DNA of 64,000 nucleotides from Bacilli bacterium (GCA_028693955.1 JAQUUH010000002.1:9264-73263); one strand, 5' to 3'. Counted from the stretch's first letter, positions 39,191 to 52,548 are shown. The notes: generated by a model not told the origin, from the letters alone. Made by a program: numbers and translations.

Positions 39191-39944
39191 AAAACTTTAT
39201 TGCATTATTATAGGTAACATCGGCAATTTCTTCATAACTCTTATTAAGCAACTGGGCAATGTTTTCAACAATTATCTTTACAAAAGCAGGCTCATTTTTT
39301 TGGCCTCTATATGGATGAGGCGCAAGATAGGGACTATCTGTTTCTACTAATAATTTATCTAATGGTATATTTGCAACAACTCTTTTTGGTTCTTTTGCAT
39401 TTTTAAATGTTACTGGTCCTCCTAAAGAAATATAGAAACCAAGATCTATAAATTTTTTTGCCATTTCAAGACTTGAAGAATAGCAATGCATTACACCTGT
39501 TGTTAAATATTCTTCATTTTTTTTCAAAATTTCATATGTATCTTCAATGGCTTCTCGTGAATGTATAACTAAAGGTTTTTTATATTTTTTTGATAATTTA
39601 ATGAAATATTCAAAATATTCTTGTTGAACTTTCTTATCTACATCTTTCCAATAATAATCTAATCCAACTTCACCTAAAGCTACAACTTTGGGATTTAATA
39701 AAAGAGTATTTAAATTTTCATAATCTTCTTTTGTTGCTTTTAATAATTCGCAAGGGTGTATACCAACACTAGCGTATATAAAGTTATACTTTTCTGCTAT
39801 TTCAACTGCTTTTTTTGATGAACTATAGTCATATCCAACCACTAACATTTTTTTAACATTTGCTGCTAATGCATTATTAACGTATTTATCTAAATCATCA
39901 AGTAATTCAGGATCATTCAAATGACAATGTGTATCAAATAACAT
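39171..39944 (-). CDS. tatD: TatD-family metal-dependent hydrolase / DNase
   Basis: MLFDTHCHLND, EVGLDY and an HSR motif (LVIHSREA). It overlaps rnmV by 20 nt. Confidence 0.85.
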   Translation of the reverse strand: MLFDTHCHLNDPELLDDLDKYVNNALAANVKKMLVVGYDYSSSKKAVEIAEKYNFIYASVGIHPCELLKATKEDYENLNTLLLNPKVVALGEVGLDYYWKDVDKKVQQEYFEYFIKLSKKYKKPLVIHSREAIEDTYEILKKNEEYLTTGVMHCYSSSLEMAKKFIDLGFYISLGGPVTFKNAKEPKRVVANIPLDKLLVETDSPYLAPHPYRGQKNEPAFVKIIVENIAQLLNKSYEEIADVTYNNAIKFFGVKND

Positions 39945-39953
39945 AACATATTC

Positions 39954-41309
39954 CTACTTTCCTAAACAAAACTTAGAAAATATTTCATCTTCTAGATTTT
40001 CTTTATATACTTCTCCGAGTAATTCTTGAATTGCTCTTAAAGATTCTCTAACGTCTATTTCAATAATATCACTAGGAGCCTGATTATTACATGCTTGTAA
40101 AGCATCTTGTAAAGCTTTTAAAGCTTTATTTATTTGTCCTTTTTGTCTAGCATTTGATAAAAGTGGTTTATTTTCATAATCTTCTAATTTAAATCCAACA
40201 ATTTTTAACATACTGTCAATTAATGGCTGAATTTCTTGATTTTTAGCAGATACTACAATTTCTTTGTTTGATTTATAACTTGTTTTATCTTTTTTGTTAT
40301 ATACAATTATTTTTTTCTTATTAATTATTGAACTCAATAATTCGTTGTCTTGTTTTGTTAATTCTCCATTAGTATCTGTTACAAATATTATTAAATCTGC
40401 TTTATCTATAACTTCTTTTGACTTTTTTATTCCTATTTTCTCTACAAAATCATGACTATCTCTTATTCCTGCAGTATCTAAAAAATTAAAATTTAGACCA
40501 GATAAATTTATTTGTCCTTCTACAACATCTCTTGTTGTTCCCTCATATTCACTAACAATAGCTTTATCTTCTTTTATTAATGCATTTAATATTGATGATT
40601 TACCAACATTTGGCCTGCCAACAATAGCGACATTTATACCATTTTTTATGATTTTGCCAAATTCAGTTTCTTTACTTATTAAAGTAAGTTTCAAAATTAA
40701 TTCCTCTATTTTAGGTTTAAGTATTTTTGATGTTAATTGCTCTATATCATCATATTCTGGGTAGTCTATATTAACATCTATATGACTTATTATTTCAACA
40801 ATTTCTGATTTCAATTTTTTTATATTATTAGAGATATTGCCATTTATTCCACTAAGAGCTAATTTAACAGCTGCATTAGATTTTGAAGTTATCAAATCAT
40901 TAATTGATTCTGCTTGCAACAAGTCTAATTTACCATTATAAAATGCCTTTTTAGTAAACTCTCCTTTTTCTGCTAGACGTGCCCCTAAGGAAATGGCGAT
41001 TTCTATTATTTTATTAATTATTAATAAACTTCCATGACAAGATATTTCAACAACATCATCTCCTGTAAAAGAAAATGGTGCTTTATATGCAAAAACAACA
41101 CAATCATCAATTTGTTGTCTATTTTCATCTATTATTTTACCGTGAAATATAGCATTATTAGTCTTTAATTCTATTTCCCTTGAAAACATTTTATTAATTA
41201 TAGAAAAACTTTTAGAACCGCTTATTCTTATAATGGCTAGAGCACTTTCAAGTGGAGGAGTAGCTAGTGCAATTATTGTGTCATCTATTAAGGACATAAT
41301 ACTAATCAC
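39954..41309 (-). CDS. mnmE: tRNA modification GTPase MnmE (TrmE)
   Basis: N-terminal THF-binding domain, a G domain GRPNVGKSSILN...DTAG, and a C-terminal C(I/L)GK tetrapeptide (FCLGK). Confidence 0.93.
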   Translation of the reverse strand: MISIMSLIDDTIIALATPPLESALAIIRISGSKSFSIINKMFSREIELKTNNAIFHGKIIDENRQQIDDCVVFAYKAPFSFTGDDVVEISCHGSLLIINKIIEIAISLGARLAEKGEFTKKAFYNGKLDLLQAESINDLITSKSNAAVKLALSGINGNISNNIKKLKSEIVEIISHIDVNIDYPEYDDIEQLTSKILKPKIEELILKLTLISKETEFGKIIKNGINVAIVGRPNVGKSSILNALIKEDKAIVSEYEGTTRDVVEGQINLSGLNFNFLDTAGIRDSHDFVEKIGIKKSKEVIDKADLIIFVTDTNGELTKQDNELLSSIINKKKIIVYNKKDKTSYKSNKEIVVSAKNQEIQPLIDSMLKIVGFKLEDYENKPLLSNARQKGQINKALKALQDALQACNNQAPSDIIEIDVRESLRAIQELLGEVYKENLEDEIFSKFCLGK

Positions 41310-41337
41310 CTCTTTTTAATCATTATATCATAATAGC

Positions 41338-41366
41338 ATAAAAAAACTGCGTTACCGCAGTTTTAT
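41338..41366 (-). terminator. Terminator hairpin between jag and mnmE
   Basis: On the minus strand, AAAACTGCGGTAACGCAGTTTTTTT. Confidence 0.5.
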
Positions 41367-41962
41367 TCTACATAATATATAGTTATCTGTCTTTTATATC
41401 CTTGTCCACTACTTTCAGTCTTAATATTTTTCATTTTACTTAAAGCATTATGAATTATTCTTCTTTCATCTGAAGTCATAGGATCAAGTACTGCGTTAAC
41501 TTTAGTTTTTTGAACTTCTCTAGCAATTCTTGTTGCCATTCTTATAAGTTTTTCATATTTTTCGTCTTTATAAGAATTTATATCTAGAAGTATACTATAA
41601 TGACGCTTAAATTGATGACTTACAGCTTGACGAACAACACTATTTAAGGCCTGTAATGTTTGACCATTTTTACCAATTAAAACAGCATTATGAGATGTAT
41701 TCAAAGCAATTCTTATTACGCCATCGTCTAGTGTAGATTTTACCTCATCTTCTAAACTCAAATCATTCAAAACTTTTTTTACATAATTTTCTGAAAATTC
41801 AATTACATCTGCAATTGTAAAAACCATTATTTCTATTTTTTTAGAAAAAAGTTTCTTTTCTTCTTTAATAATCTCATAACTAATTTCTTCTACTGGTATA
41901 CTTAACTCTTCACTTGCAATATTTAAAACTTCTTCTAAAGATTTACCTACATAACTCTTCAT
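41363..41962 (-). CDS. jag: Jag/KhpB RNA-binding protein (SpoIIIJ-associated; Jag_N, KH and R3H domains)
   Basis: Jag_N MKSYVGKSLEEVLNIASEELSIPVEEI, a KH-like GKNGQTLQALNSVV and a C-terminal R3H domain. The yidC-jag synteny is conserved. Confidence 0.8.
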   Translation of the reverse strand: MKSYVGKSLEEVLNIASEELSIPVEEISYEIIKEEKKLFSKKIEIMVFTIADVIEFSENYVKKVLNDLSLEDEVKSTLDDGVIRIALNTSHNAVLIGKNGQTLQALNSVVRQAVSHQFKRHYSILLDINSYKDEKYEKLIRMATRIAREVQKTKVNAVLDPMTSDERRIIHNALSKMKNIKTESSGQGYKRQITIYYVE

Positions 41963-43021
41963 TTAATATTCCCTTCTTGCATTTTTTTTATCAACAATTT
42001 TTTTCATAATTATTGCTTGGAAAACAGAGAAGAGTGAAGAAGCAATCCAGTAAACAGACATTGCAGAAGGAAGCATCCATCCAATTACTACTACCATTAT
42101 TAACATAATATATGTAAATGATTGTGTTTGATTTTGAGCTTTCCTTGATTTTTCATCTAAATGACTTATCTTATTACGATTTAGTAATTGTGGTATTTTC
42201 ATCGATAAGAATTGGCTACCAACCATCACTAAGAAGACTATTATTGCCATAATATTTATAGACAAAATTCCTGAACTAAGTGTTTGCCCTAAATTAAGTC
42301 CTAAAACAGATCCTTCGCGCAATAACATTGTATCTTTTACTGCACCATAAACTGCCAAAAATATTGGTAGAGTTAAGAAAGGTGAAATAATAGCAGTTAA
42401 TGGGTTAACTTTATTTTTCTTATAAAAAGCCATCATTTCTTGTGCTTGTTTTTGTTTTTGTACAGGATCTTTTGTTTGCCCATATTTTGCATTTATTGCT
42501 GAAATTTCTGGTTGCAATAAAGTAAGTTTTTGAGAAGCCAAACTAGGCTTTAAAGTTATCAAAGTAACAAATGCTCTTACTAAAAATGTAACAATAAATA
42601 TTGCTAAAACTTGACCCCATCCGCCTGTTCCTATCATTTCAGTAAAATTAATCATTAGCCAAGCAATAGGGAAAACAAATATCCCTTCAATTAAACCCCT
42701 TGAAATTGCAAAAGAGAAATTCTTAGGCTCAATAGTTACACCCGTAATTGGATCTTGTTTTTCCTCAATTGTCAAACAAGCTTTAGGGTGAGAAGTCTTA
42801 TAAAGATTATCAACATAACTTTGTTTGTCGGTTTCGCTTTTAGTAAGCCAATCATCTGGTGTAGCATAGGCATCTGTACCTGTACTATTATCCAACATTA
42901 CTCTTAATTCAGTTTTAATTTCGGCTGTTTCTTCATCACTACAAAAATCACTAGTACATGATGTTGTAGAAAGAACCATAAACGCTAATAAAAACACTGC
43001 TAACGCCTTAAGTAATTTCAT
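41963..43021 (-). CDS. yidC: Membrane protein insertase YidC/SpoIIIJ (lipoprotein type)
   Basis: Lipobox LSTTSC with 5 TM helices of the 60-kDa inner-membrane insertase family. The rnpA-yidC order is conserved. Confidence 0.85.
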   Translation of the reverse strand: MKLLKALAVFLLAFMVLSTTSCTSDFCSDEETAEIKTELRVMLDNSTGTDAYATPDDWLTKSETDKQSYVDNLYKTSHPKACLTIEEKQDPITGVTIEPKNFSFAISRGLIEGIFVFPIAWLMINFTEMIGTGGWGQVLAIFIVTFLVRAFVTLITLKPSLASQKLTLLQPEISAINAKYGQTKDPVQKQKQAQEMMAFYKKNKVNPLTAIISPFLTLPIFLAVYGAVKDTMLLREGSVLGLNLGQTLSSGILSINIMAIIVFLVMVGSQFLSMKIPQLLNRNKISHLDEKSRKAQNQTQSFTYIMLIMVVVIGWMLPSAMSVYWIASSLFSVFQAIIMKKIVDKKNARREY

Positions 43022-43025
43022 ATTT

Positions 43026-43358
43026 TCACCTCTTTTTTATTAATTTTTTGTAAATATAGTCTAATTCTATTTTATTCTCTTCGTACTTTTTTTGTTTGAA
43101 TCCTTCTCTAATAATAATGACAATATCGATTTGGTGCGTAAGGTCAAATATTTCTTTAATCATCATTCTAACTTGCCTTTTTGCTTTATTTCTTAAAACA
43201 GCAATTCCATATTTCGAACCAACTGAAATTCCTATTCTAGAATGTTCTAGCTTATTGCTATCATAAAAAATTACAAAACTACGATTAGAAAAGCTCTGTC
43301 TTTTTTCAATAACTCTCTTAAAATCCTCATTCTTAGCAAGGCGATATTGTTTTTGCAT
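43026..43358 (-). CDS. rnpA: Ribonuclease P protein component
   Basis: A basic 110-aa protein with the RNR-like motif KAKRQVRMMIKE, immediately downstream of rpmH. Confidence 0.85.
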   Translation of the reverse strand: MQKQYRLAKNEDFKRVIEKRQSFSNRSFVIFYDSNKLEHSRIGISVGSKYGIAVLRNKAKRQVRMMIKEIFDLTHQIDIVIIIREGFKQKKYEENKIELDYIYKKLIKKR

Positions 43359-43382
43359 AAACTATTTCACATTTTGAGAAAA

Positions 43383-43407
43383 AACCACTAGTTCAGCTAG
43401 TGGTTGT
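43383..43407 (-). terminator. Hairpin between rpmH and rnpA (attenuator or partial terminator)
   Basis: AACCACTAG-TTCAG-CTAGTGGTT. Confidence 0.45.
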
Positions 43408-43542
43408 TTAAGCAGATAGTACTTTTCTACCTTTTCTACGTCTTCTTGCTAAGACTTTTCTCCCACTTGGGGTAGACATTCTTGCACGAAATCCATGTAC
43501 TGCAGAATGTTTCCTTTTACTTGGTTGATACGTTCTTTTCAT
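43408..43542 (-). CDS. rpmH: 50S ribosomal protein L34
   Basis: The minus-strand translation [44 protein letters not shown] is the canonical L34, with the RBS GGAGGTG upstream. It is missing from the ORF track because of its small size. Confidence 0.9.
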   Translation of the reverse strand: MKRTYQPSKRKHSAVHGFRARMSTPSGRKVLARRRRKGRKVLSA

Positions 43543-43675
43543 TCTATACACCTCCACGAAATAGATTAATACGCGATACAATTATAAAGCCCACTTGTAG
43601 AGTTGTCAATAAAATATATTATATTATAATATGTTTTTCGCTTTTGGGGATAATGGGGAAAATTAGAAATAACTA

Positions 43676-43890
43676 TGTGGAAAATTTATAAAAACCCTTA
43701 TCAATATTAAGGTTTTCGTTGTGGAAAATTTATAGTTATCCACATATTTTATCCACATATCAACACCAATCCACACCATTGTGACTTTTCCACACAGTTT
43801 CCACATTTTTTATTTGTGGATAACTCCTGTTTTACCCGCTTTTTCAAAGTATTTTTAAATATTATGTGTGTTGATAAAGTGTGGAAAACA
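43676..43890. promoter_or_regulatory. oriC upstream module (DnaA-box cluster, incA/incB-like) and dnaA promoter region
   Basis: At least 9 DnaA boxes matching TTATCCACA with at most 2 mismatches, in both orientations. Plus orientation: TTATCCACA x2 (43736-44, 43749-57), AATCCACAC, TTTTCCACAC, TTTCCACAT. Minus orientation: TGTGGAAAA x3, TGTGGATAA. Confidence 0.8.
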
Positions 43891-43967
43891 TTTTTTTGAT
43901 GATTTTTGTATTTATTTTACTAATTCCATATGTTAAAATATATGAACAAAGTTGGGAGAGAGTACAT

Positions 43968-45326
43968 ATGGTTCTTAATGCCTCGCGTTTTGAGGATGTT
44001 TGGGATAAGGTATTATCTAGGTTTGAGAGAGAGACCGATGATAAAATTATCTATAACACTTATTTTTTGGGTTCTAAAATTATTGGTATAAATGAGGGCG
44101 TTGTGACAATTGTTGCCCCTTCACGTTTTGCTTGTCAAATGTTAAATAACAGGTTTTTTGATAAGATTGTAAATTATTTGCGTGATATTACGCAAACAAA
44201 TTTTGATTGCCAAATAATTGATCCAGAATCCGCTGAAAATTTTTCTAATTTGCAAATTGATAATAATATGTCGCAAAATGAAAAGGTTTTTGTATCAAAT
44301 TTAAATCAAAGATTTACTTTTGAAAATTTTGTTGTTGGTCACTCCAATAGAGAGTGCTACACTGCTGCTTTATCAACAGCAATGGACCCAGGTAATTTTT
44401 ATAATCCTTTATTCATGTATGGTAAATCTGGTCTTGGAAAAACTCATTTACTACATGCTATTGGAAATTTCATTAAAAATAAAAACAATTTAACAAAAGT
44501 TCTTTATCTTACTGCAGATGATTTTTTCGAAGATTATATAAAAACCGTAAAAAAAGAAGGAACAGAAAACCTAAAAGATAAATATCGCGGAATAGATGTT
44601 TTATTACTCGATGATATTCAATTTTTAAGAGCAAAAAATGCTACGCAAGAAACATTTTTTAACATTTTTAATCTTCTAGTAAACTCTGGAAAACAAATCG
44701 TTATCACTGCAGATAAACCACCTCAAGAACTAGAAAAAATAGAAACTAGATTAGTAGGGAGATTTTCTTCAGGATTAAGTGTTGAAATTCAAGCGCTAGA
44801 ATTTGAAACGGCCTTAGCTATATTAAAAAAGAAAGTAGAAGCCCAAGATATTAATAGAGGACTAATAGATGATGACGTTCTTAAATATATTGCTCAAAAC
44901 TATTCTACAGATGTAAGGCAATTAGAAGGAGCCTTAAATAAATTGTTATTCTATGCTATTACTTATAACAAGAAAGACGAAATTGATATGACAACAGCAC
45001 TAGAAACATTTAAATCCTTTGCAAAAATAAGAGAAAACACAATTAATTTTGAAAAAATAAAAGTTACAGTAGCAGAATACTATAATATTTCTATAAACCA
45101 ACTTACTTCTAAAATAAGACAAACAAACTTAACTGTTCCTAGACACATTGCTATGTATCTTTGTAAAACTATGTTAAATGCTCCTTATAAAAAAATAGGA
45201 GAAGAGTTTGGGGGAAAAGATCATTCAACTGTGATTAGTGCATGTGAAAAAGTTAATAGATTGTTGAAAGAAAACGAAGAATATGTTGTCGTTATAGAAG
45301 AGCTAAAAAAACTAATAAAATCTTAG
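43968..45326 (+). CDS. dnaA: Chromosomal replication initiator DnaA
   Basis: N-terminal domain (W..V...F...........I.....G.VTIVAPSRFA...L..RF), an AAA+ module GKSGLGKTHLLHAIGN, sensor motifs, and a C-terminal DNA-binding domain. The start is at ATG 43968 after GGAGAG; the ORF track's 43881 extension is a hydrophobic read-through artefact. Confidence 0.95.
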   Translation: MVLNASRFEDVWDKVLSRFERETDDKIIYNTYFLGSKIIGINEGVVTIVAPSRFACQMLNNRFFDKIVNYLRDITQTNFDCQIIDPESAENFSNLQIDNNMSQNEKVFVSNLNQRFTFENFVVGHSNRECYTAALSTAMDPGNFYNPLFMYGKSGLGKTHLLHAIGNFIKNKNNLTKVLYLTADDFFEDYIKTVKKEGTENLKDKYRGIDVLLLDDIQFLRAKNATQETFFNIFNLLVNSGKQIVITADKPPQELEKIETRLVGRFSSGLSVEIQALEFETALAILKKKVEAQDINRGLIDDDVLKYIAQNYSTDVRQLEGALNKLLFYAITYNKKDEIDMTTALETFKSFAKIRENTINFEKIKVTVAEYYNISINQLTSKIRQTNLTVPRHIAMYLCKTMLNAPYKKIGEEFGGKDHSTVISACEKVNRLLKENEEYVVVIEELKKLIKS

Positions 45327-45394
45327 ATAAAATGGACTGATTTTTGTTTATTTAATTACTACTATATGATATAATTTAGTTAGGAAAATTGATA

Positions 45395-45445
45395 TTATCC
45401 ACATTATCCACAAAGCTTATTATTATTATTATATTTTTTAAAAAA
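45395..45445. promoter_or_regulatory. oriC downstream module: two tandem perfect DnaA boxes plus an AT-rich DNA unwinding element (incC/DUE-like)
   Basis: TTATCCACA at 45395-45403 and 45404-45412, then AAGCTTATTATTATTATTATATTTTTTAAAAAAG immediately upstream of the dnaN RBS. Confidence 0.7.
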
Positions 45446-45463
45446 GAAAAGAGGTAAATAATT

Positions 45464-46591
45464 ATGAAATTTGTTATTTCGAAATTACACTTAACAGTTG
45501 CCCTTAATAATGTTTCTAGAGCAGTTTCAAGTAGAAATCCTAATCCTGTTTTAACTGGTTTAAAATTTGAATTAAACAAAAATGGATTATTCATAACAGG
45601 AAGTGATTCGGATTTATCTATTGTTACTAAAATACCATTAGAAGAAAATGAAGAAAAAATAATTGATGCTTTTAGTGATGGTATTGTTGTATTGTCATCC
45701 AAATTAATAACTGAAATAATAAGAAAATTAGATTCTCAAAATGAAAGATTAGAATTTGAATTAATTGATAACACAACAGTTAAAATAAAAAATGATAATT
45801 CTGAATATTCATTAACATGTATGAATGCAGATGATTATCCTTCAATAGATTTAACAAATGGATCAAATATATTCTCTGTTTCTACTGAAGAGTTAAAATT
45901 ACTCATTCAACAAACAAGTTTTGCAGCTTCAGATAGAGAAAATAGACCTGTTTTAACAGGTGTAAATTTTAAAGCTACTGGTAATAGGTTAGAATGTGTT
46001 GCTACAGATTCATATAGACTTGCAAGAAAAGTTGTTGAATTACCAACAAACCAAAATTTTAATATAACTATACCAGCAAGGACTCTTAACGAAATTATAA
46101 GAATAATAGAAAACGAGAAAAATGTTGAAATATCTGTTTCAGATAAAAAAGTAATTTTCAAGTTAAAAAATACTTTAATAATTTCTCGTTTAATAAGTGG
46201 TGCTTATCCTGAAACTTCAAAATTAATACCAGATACATTTGAATACGAACTTGAAACAATTTCTCAAAATTTTATTTCAGCAATAGATAGAGCGCAAGTA
46301 TTTTCTGTTGATCGTTTTAATATTGTGAAATTGACTATGAGTCCTGGCCAAGTTCAAATTATTTCAAAAAGTCAGCAAATAGGATCTGCTGTAGAAAATA
46401 TTACCTCATTTAGATATAATGGAGAAAATTTAGAAATATCTTTTACTGCAAAATATGTGATAGAAGCTATTAGAGCAATAGGTACAGAAAATATTAGTAT
46501 TCTTTTTAACGGAGACATGAAACCATTTATCATTAAAAATAAAGATGATAATACCATAACTCAGTTAGTTTTACCTGTTAGAACCTATTAA
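45464..46591 (+). CDS. dnaN: DNA polymerase III beta subunit (sliding clamp)
   Basis: MKF.I.K..L......V.RAVS.RN..P.L.G......N.L..TG.D..LSI; three-domain, 375 aa. The RBS is AAGAGG. Confidence 0.93.
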   Translation: MKFVISKLHLTVALNNVSRAVSSRNPNPVLTGLKFELNKNGLFITGSDSDLSIVTKIPLEENEEKIIDAFSDGIVVLSSKLITEIIRKLDSQNERLEFELIDNTTVKIKNDNSEYSLTCMNADDYPSIDLTNGSNIFSVSTEELKLLIQQTSFAASDRENRPVLTGVNFKATGNRLECVATDSYRLARKVVELPTNQNFNITIPARTLNEIIRIIENEKNVEISVSDKKVIFKLKNTLIISRLISGAYPETSKLIPDTFEYELETISQNFISAIDRAQVFSVDRFNIVKLTMSPGQVQIISKSQQIGSAVENITSFRYNGENLEISFTAKYVIEAIRAIGTENISILFNGDMKPFIIKNKDDNTITQLVLPVRTY

Positions 46592-46780
46592 TTGAGTTCT
46601 AAAAGATTTTTTAAAACCCTTGACCTCTTATTCTAGAGAAGGGTTTTTATTTGATAAAGAGCCAAAAAAAGTTAAATAAGAGCATTTGGAGCAAAATTAA
46701 GCCTCCTAAATGCTTTTATTTTTTGCTTATTTGTGGTAAAATATACATAGAATGCTATAGGCATTTTATGAGGTGATATC

Positions 46781-46988
46781 TTGAAAAAAATCCCAATAAA
46801 AACAGAATACATAAAATTAGGACAATTGTTAAAATATGCAAACGTCATTCAAAGTGGTGGAGAAGAAAAGAATTTCATAAATTCTCATAAAATTTTTGTA
46901 AATAAAATTTTAGAAAATAGGCGCGGCAGAAAAATAGTTCCTGGTGATGTAATACAAATAAATGGAGATATCATCCAAGTAACTAGTT

Positions 46989-46999
<11 letters not shown>
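46781..46999 (+). CDS. yaaA: S4-domain RNA-binding protein YaaA
   Basis: A 72-aa S4-like fold (IKLGQLLKYANVIQSGGE...V.GDVI) in the conserved dnaN-yaaA-recF position. It has a TTG start and a TG-extended -10 (TGTGGTAAAAT) upstream. Confidence 0.7.
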
Positions 47000-50005
<3,006 letters not shown>

Positions 50006-50019
50006 GAAGGAGGGGTAAA

Positions 50020-52503
50020 ATGAGTAACATAATTGATAATGAAAAAGATAATTTTAATTCTGATATAAAAGAAGATAGAATAGAACACATTAATATATCA
50101 AAAGAAGTTAAGTCATCCTTCTTAGATTATGCAATGTCTGTTATTGTAGCAAGGGCACTTCCTGATGTTAGAGATGGATTAAAGCCAGTTCATAGAAGAA
50201 TTATTTATGGAATGAATGAGCAAGGATTTGCCTATAATACACCTCATAAAAAATCAGCAAAAATTGTTGGTGATGTTATGGGAAAATATCATCCACATGG
50301 GGACTCAGCAATCTATGAATCTATGGTTAGACTTGCCCAAGAATTTTCAACAAGATATGTTTTGATTGATGGTCATGGTAATTTTGGATCAATAGATGGA
50401 GATTCAGCAGCTGCAATGCGTTATACTGAGGCTAGAATGTCTAAAATAGCCTCTGAAATGGTAAGAGATATTAATAAAGATACTGTAAATTTTGTTCCTA
50501 ATTATGATGGAGAAGAATTAGAGCCAGAAGTTTTGCCGGCAAGAATTCCTAATTTATTAATCAATGGTTCAACAGGAATTGCGGTAGGTATGGCAACTAA
50601 TATTCCTCCTCATAATCTTGGGGAAGTTATAGATGCAACTCTTGCATTAATTGAAGATAAAGAAATGTCAGTAATTGAATTAATGAATTACATTCAAGGA
50701 CCAGACTTTCCTACAGCAGGAATTATTTTAGGAAAAGCGGGAATCAAAAAAGCTTATGAGACAGGTAATGGCTCAATTGTATTACGTTCAAAATGTGAAA
50801 TACATGAAGCAGAACACGGGAAAAGCAAAATAATAGTTACGGAAATACCATATCAAGTTAATAAATCAGCTATGATTGAAAGAATTGCTGATCTTGTTAA
50901 AAATAAAGTAGTTGAAGGTATTACAGATTTAAGAGATGAATCTTCAAGAGAAGGAATTAGAATTGTAATAGAATTAAAAAAAGAAGCAATTCCAGAGGTA
51001 ATATTAAATAATTTATTTAAATATTCTCAATTACAAACATCATATAGTATAAATATGCTAGCTCTTGTTAATGGAGAACCTAAAATTTTGCCTTTAAAAG
51101 ATGTTTTAAATGCTTTTATAGATCACCAGGTTGAAGTTTTAACAAGAAGAAGTCAATTTGATTTAAATAAAGCAAAAGAAAGAGAACACATTTTACAAGG
51201 TTTGAGTATTGCTAGCCGTAATATTGATGAGATAATTAAAATTATTCGTCAATCAAAAAATAATGAAATTGCCCAAAAAGCTTTGGTAGATAATTTTCAA
51301 TTAAGCGAACGCCAATCAAAAGCAGTTTTGGAAATGCAACTTCAAAGGTTGACAGGAATTCAACAAGAAAAAATAGATTTAGAAATAGTGGATATTGGAA
51401 GTGTAATTGAGAATTTAACAGGAATTCTTGAACAACATGAACGCTTGATGGAAGTAATAAAGAATGATTTAATAGAGATAAAAAATAAATATAAAGATGA
51501 AAGAAGAACAACATTTTCTAATGATTCTTCACAAATAGAAGATGAAGAACTCATACCAGTTGAAGATATAATAATAACTTTAACAACAAATGGTTATATA
51601 AAAAGAGTAAATTTAGACACTTACCGCCTACAAAATAGAGGTGGCAAAGGTATTAAGGGTATGACAACACATAATGATGATGTTGTTGATAAGATGCTTA
51701 TAACTTCTACTCACACAGACATTCTTTTCTTTACAAATTATGGGAAAGTTTATCGGATGAGAGGTTATCAAATACCTGAATATTCTCGACAAGGCAAAGG
51801 ATTACCAATCGTTAATTTGTTAAAAAATGAAAAAGATGAAAAAGTCAGAGCAATAATAAGTGTAGATGAATATGGTAGCGATCGTAATTTAGTGTTTGTA
51901 ACTAAAAATGGTGTTGTCAAAAGAGTTAGTTTGAATCAATTTGAAAATATAAGACAAAGCGGTAAAATTGCTATTACTTTAAGAGAAGGAGATCAATTAT
52001 TTGATGTTAAAAACACCTCCGGAGATGAAGAGATTTTGATAGCATCTTCAAAAGGTAAAGTAGTTAGATTTAATGAAGATGATGTAAGAGTAATGGGAAG
52101 AAATGCTGCTGGTGTTAATGGTATTAACACTGATAAGGGAGAAGTTGTTGGAGTTACTACATCTAAAGAAGGTCAATATATTTTATCAATAACTCAAAAG
52201 GGATTTGGTAAATTGTCAAGTAAAGAGGATTATCGTTTGACAAAAAGAGGCGGTAAAGGCGTAAAAACAATAAATATTACCGAGAAAAATGGTAATCTTG
52301 TTGCGATGAGAGCTGTTAATGGAGATGAGGATTTATTAATAACAACGACAAGAGGTATTGTTATTAGGCTTCCATTAAATCAAGTAAAAGTTTATAGCAG
52401 GAACACTCAAGGAGTTACTATAATACGTCTTGATGATGATCAAGAAGTTGCTTCAATAGCCGTTACAGATCACGAAGAAGAAAATCAAGAAGAAGTTGAA
52501 TAA
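50020..52503 (+). CDS. gyrA: DNA gyrase subunit A
   Basis: The active-site region [10 protein letters not shown], the QRDR (HPHGDSAIY), a C-terminal beta-pinwheel with GyrA-box-like repeats, and an acidic tail. Confidence 0.97.
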   Translation: MSNIIDNEKDNFNSDIKEDRIEHINISKEVKSSFLDYAMSVIVARALPDVRDGLKPVHRRIIYGMNEQGFAYNTPHKKSAKIVGDVMGKYHPHGDSAIYESMVRLAQEFSTRYVLIDGHGNFGSIDGDSAAAMRYTEARMSKIASEMVRDINKDTVNFVPNYDGEELEPEVLPARIPNLLINGSTGIAVGMATNIPPHNLGEVIDATLALIEDKEMSVIELMNYIQGPDFPTAGIILGKAGIKKAYETGNGSIVLRSKCEIHEAEHGKSKIIVTEIPYQVNKSAMIERIADLVKNKVVEGITDLRDESSREGIRIVIELKKEAIPEVILNNLFKYSQLQTSYSINMLALVNGEPKILPLKDVLNAFIDHQVEVLTRRSQFDLNKAKEREHILQGLSIASRNIDEIIKIIRQSKNNEIAQKALVDNFQLSERQSKAVLEMQLQRLTGIQQEKIDLEIVDIGSVIENLTGILEQHERLMEVIKNDLIEIKNKYKDERRTTFSNDSSQIEDEELIPVEDIIITLTTNGYIKRVNLDTYRLQNRGGKGIKGMTTHNDDVVDKMLITSTHTDILFFTNYGKVYRMRGYQIPEYSRQGKGLPIVNLLKNEKDEKVRAIISVDEYGSDRNLVFVTKNGVVKRVSLNQFENIRQSGKIAITLREGDQLFDVKNTSGDEEILIASSKGKVVRFNEDDVRVMGRNAAGVNGINTDKGEVVGVTTSKEGQYILSITQKGFGKLSSKEDYRLTKRGGKGVKTINITEKNGNLVAMRAVNGDEDLLITTTRGIVIRLPLNQVKVYSRNTQGVTIIRLDDDQEVASIAVTDHEEENQEEVE

Positions 52504-52512
52504 AAAAATTAA

Positions 52513-52548
52513 AAGGCAAAGTAAAACAAACTTTGTCTTTTTTTTGTT
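52513..52548 (+). terminator. Rho-independent terminator after gyrA
   Basis: GGCAAAGT-AAAACAA-ACTTTGTC followed by TTTTTTTTG. Confidence 0.55.

Noticed and set aside
21929-39950. Whether the 18-kb block between mnmG and mnmE is a genomic island or integrated mobile element
   Set aside because: It has no integrase, recombinase, transposase, tRNA target or direct repeats. Its content is essential housekeeping genes in Bacillus-like internal order, and its codon and AT content look the same as the flanks. A chromosomal rearrangement fits better.
43482-43691. 69-aa plus-strand ORF overlapping rpmH (antisense) and the oriC DnaA-box region
   Set aside because: It overlaps the genuine L34 gene on the opposite strand and the origin. 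No RBS, so a frame artefact.
43881-43967. N-terminal 29-aa extension of dnaA in the ORF track (MENIFLMIFVFILLIPYVKIYEQSWERVH...)
   Set aside because: It is hydrophobic and non-DnaA-like, has no RBS, and overlaps the DnaA-box cluster. A proper start at ATG 43968 is preceded by GGAGAG and begins the conserved DnaA domain I.
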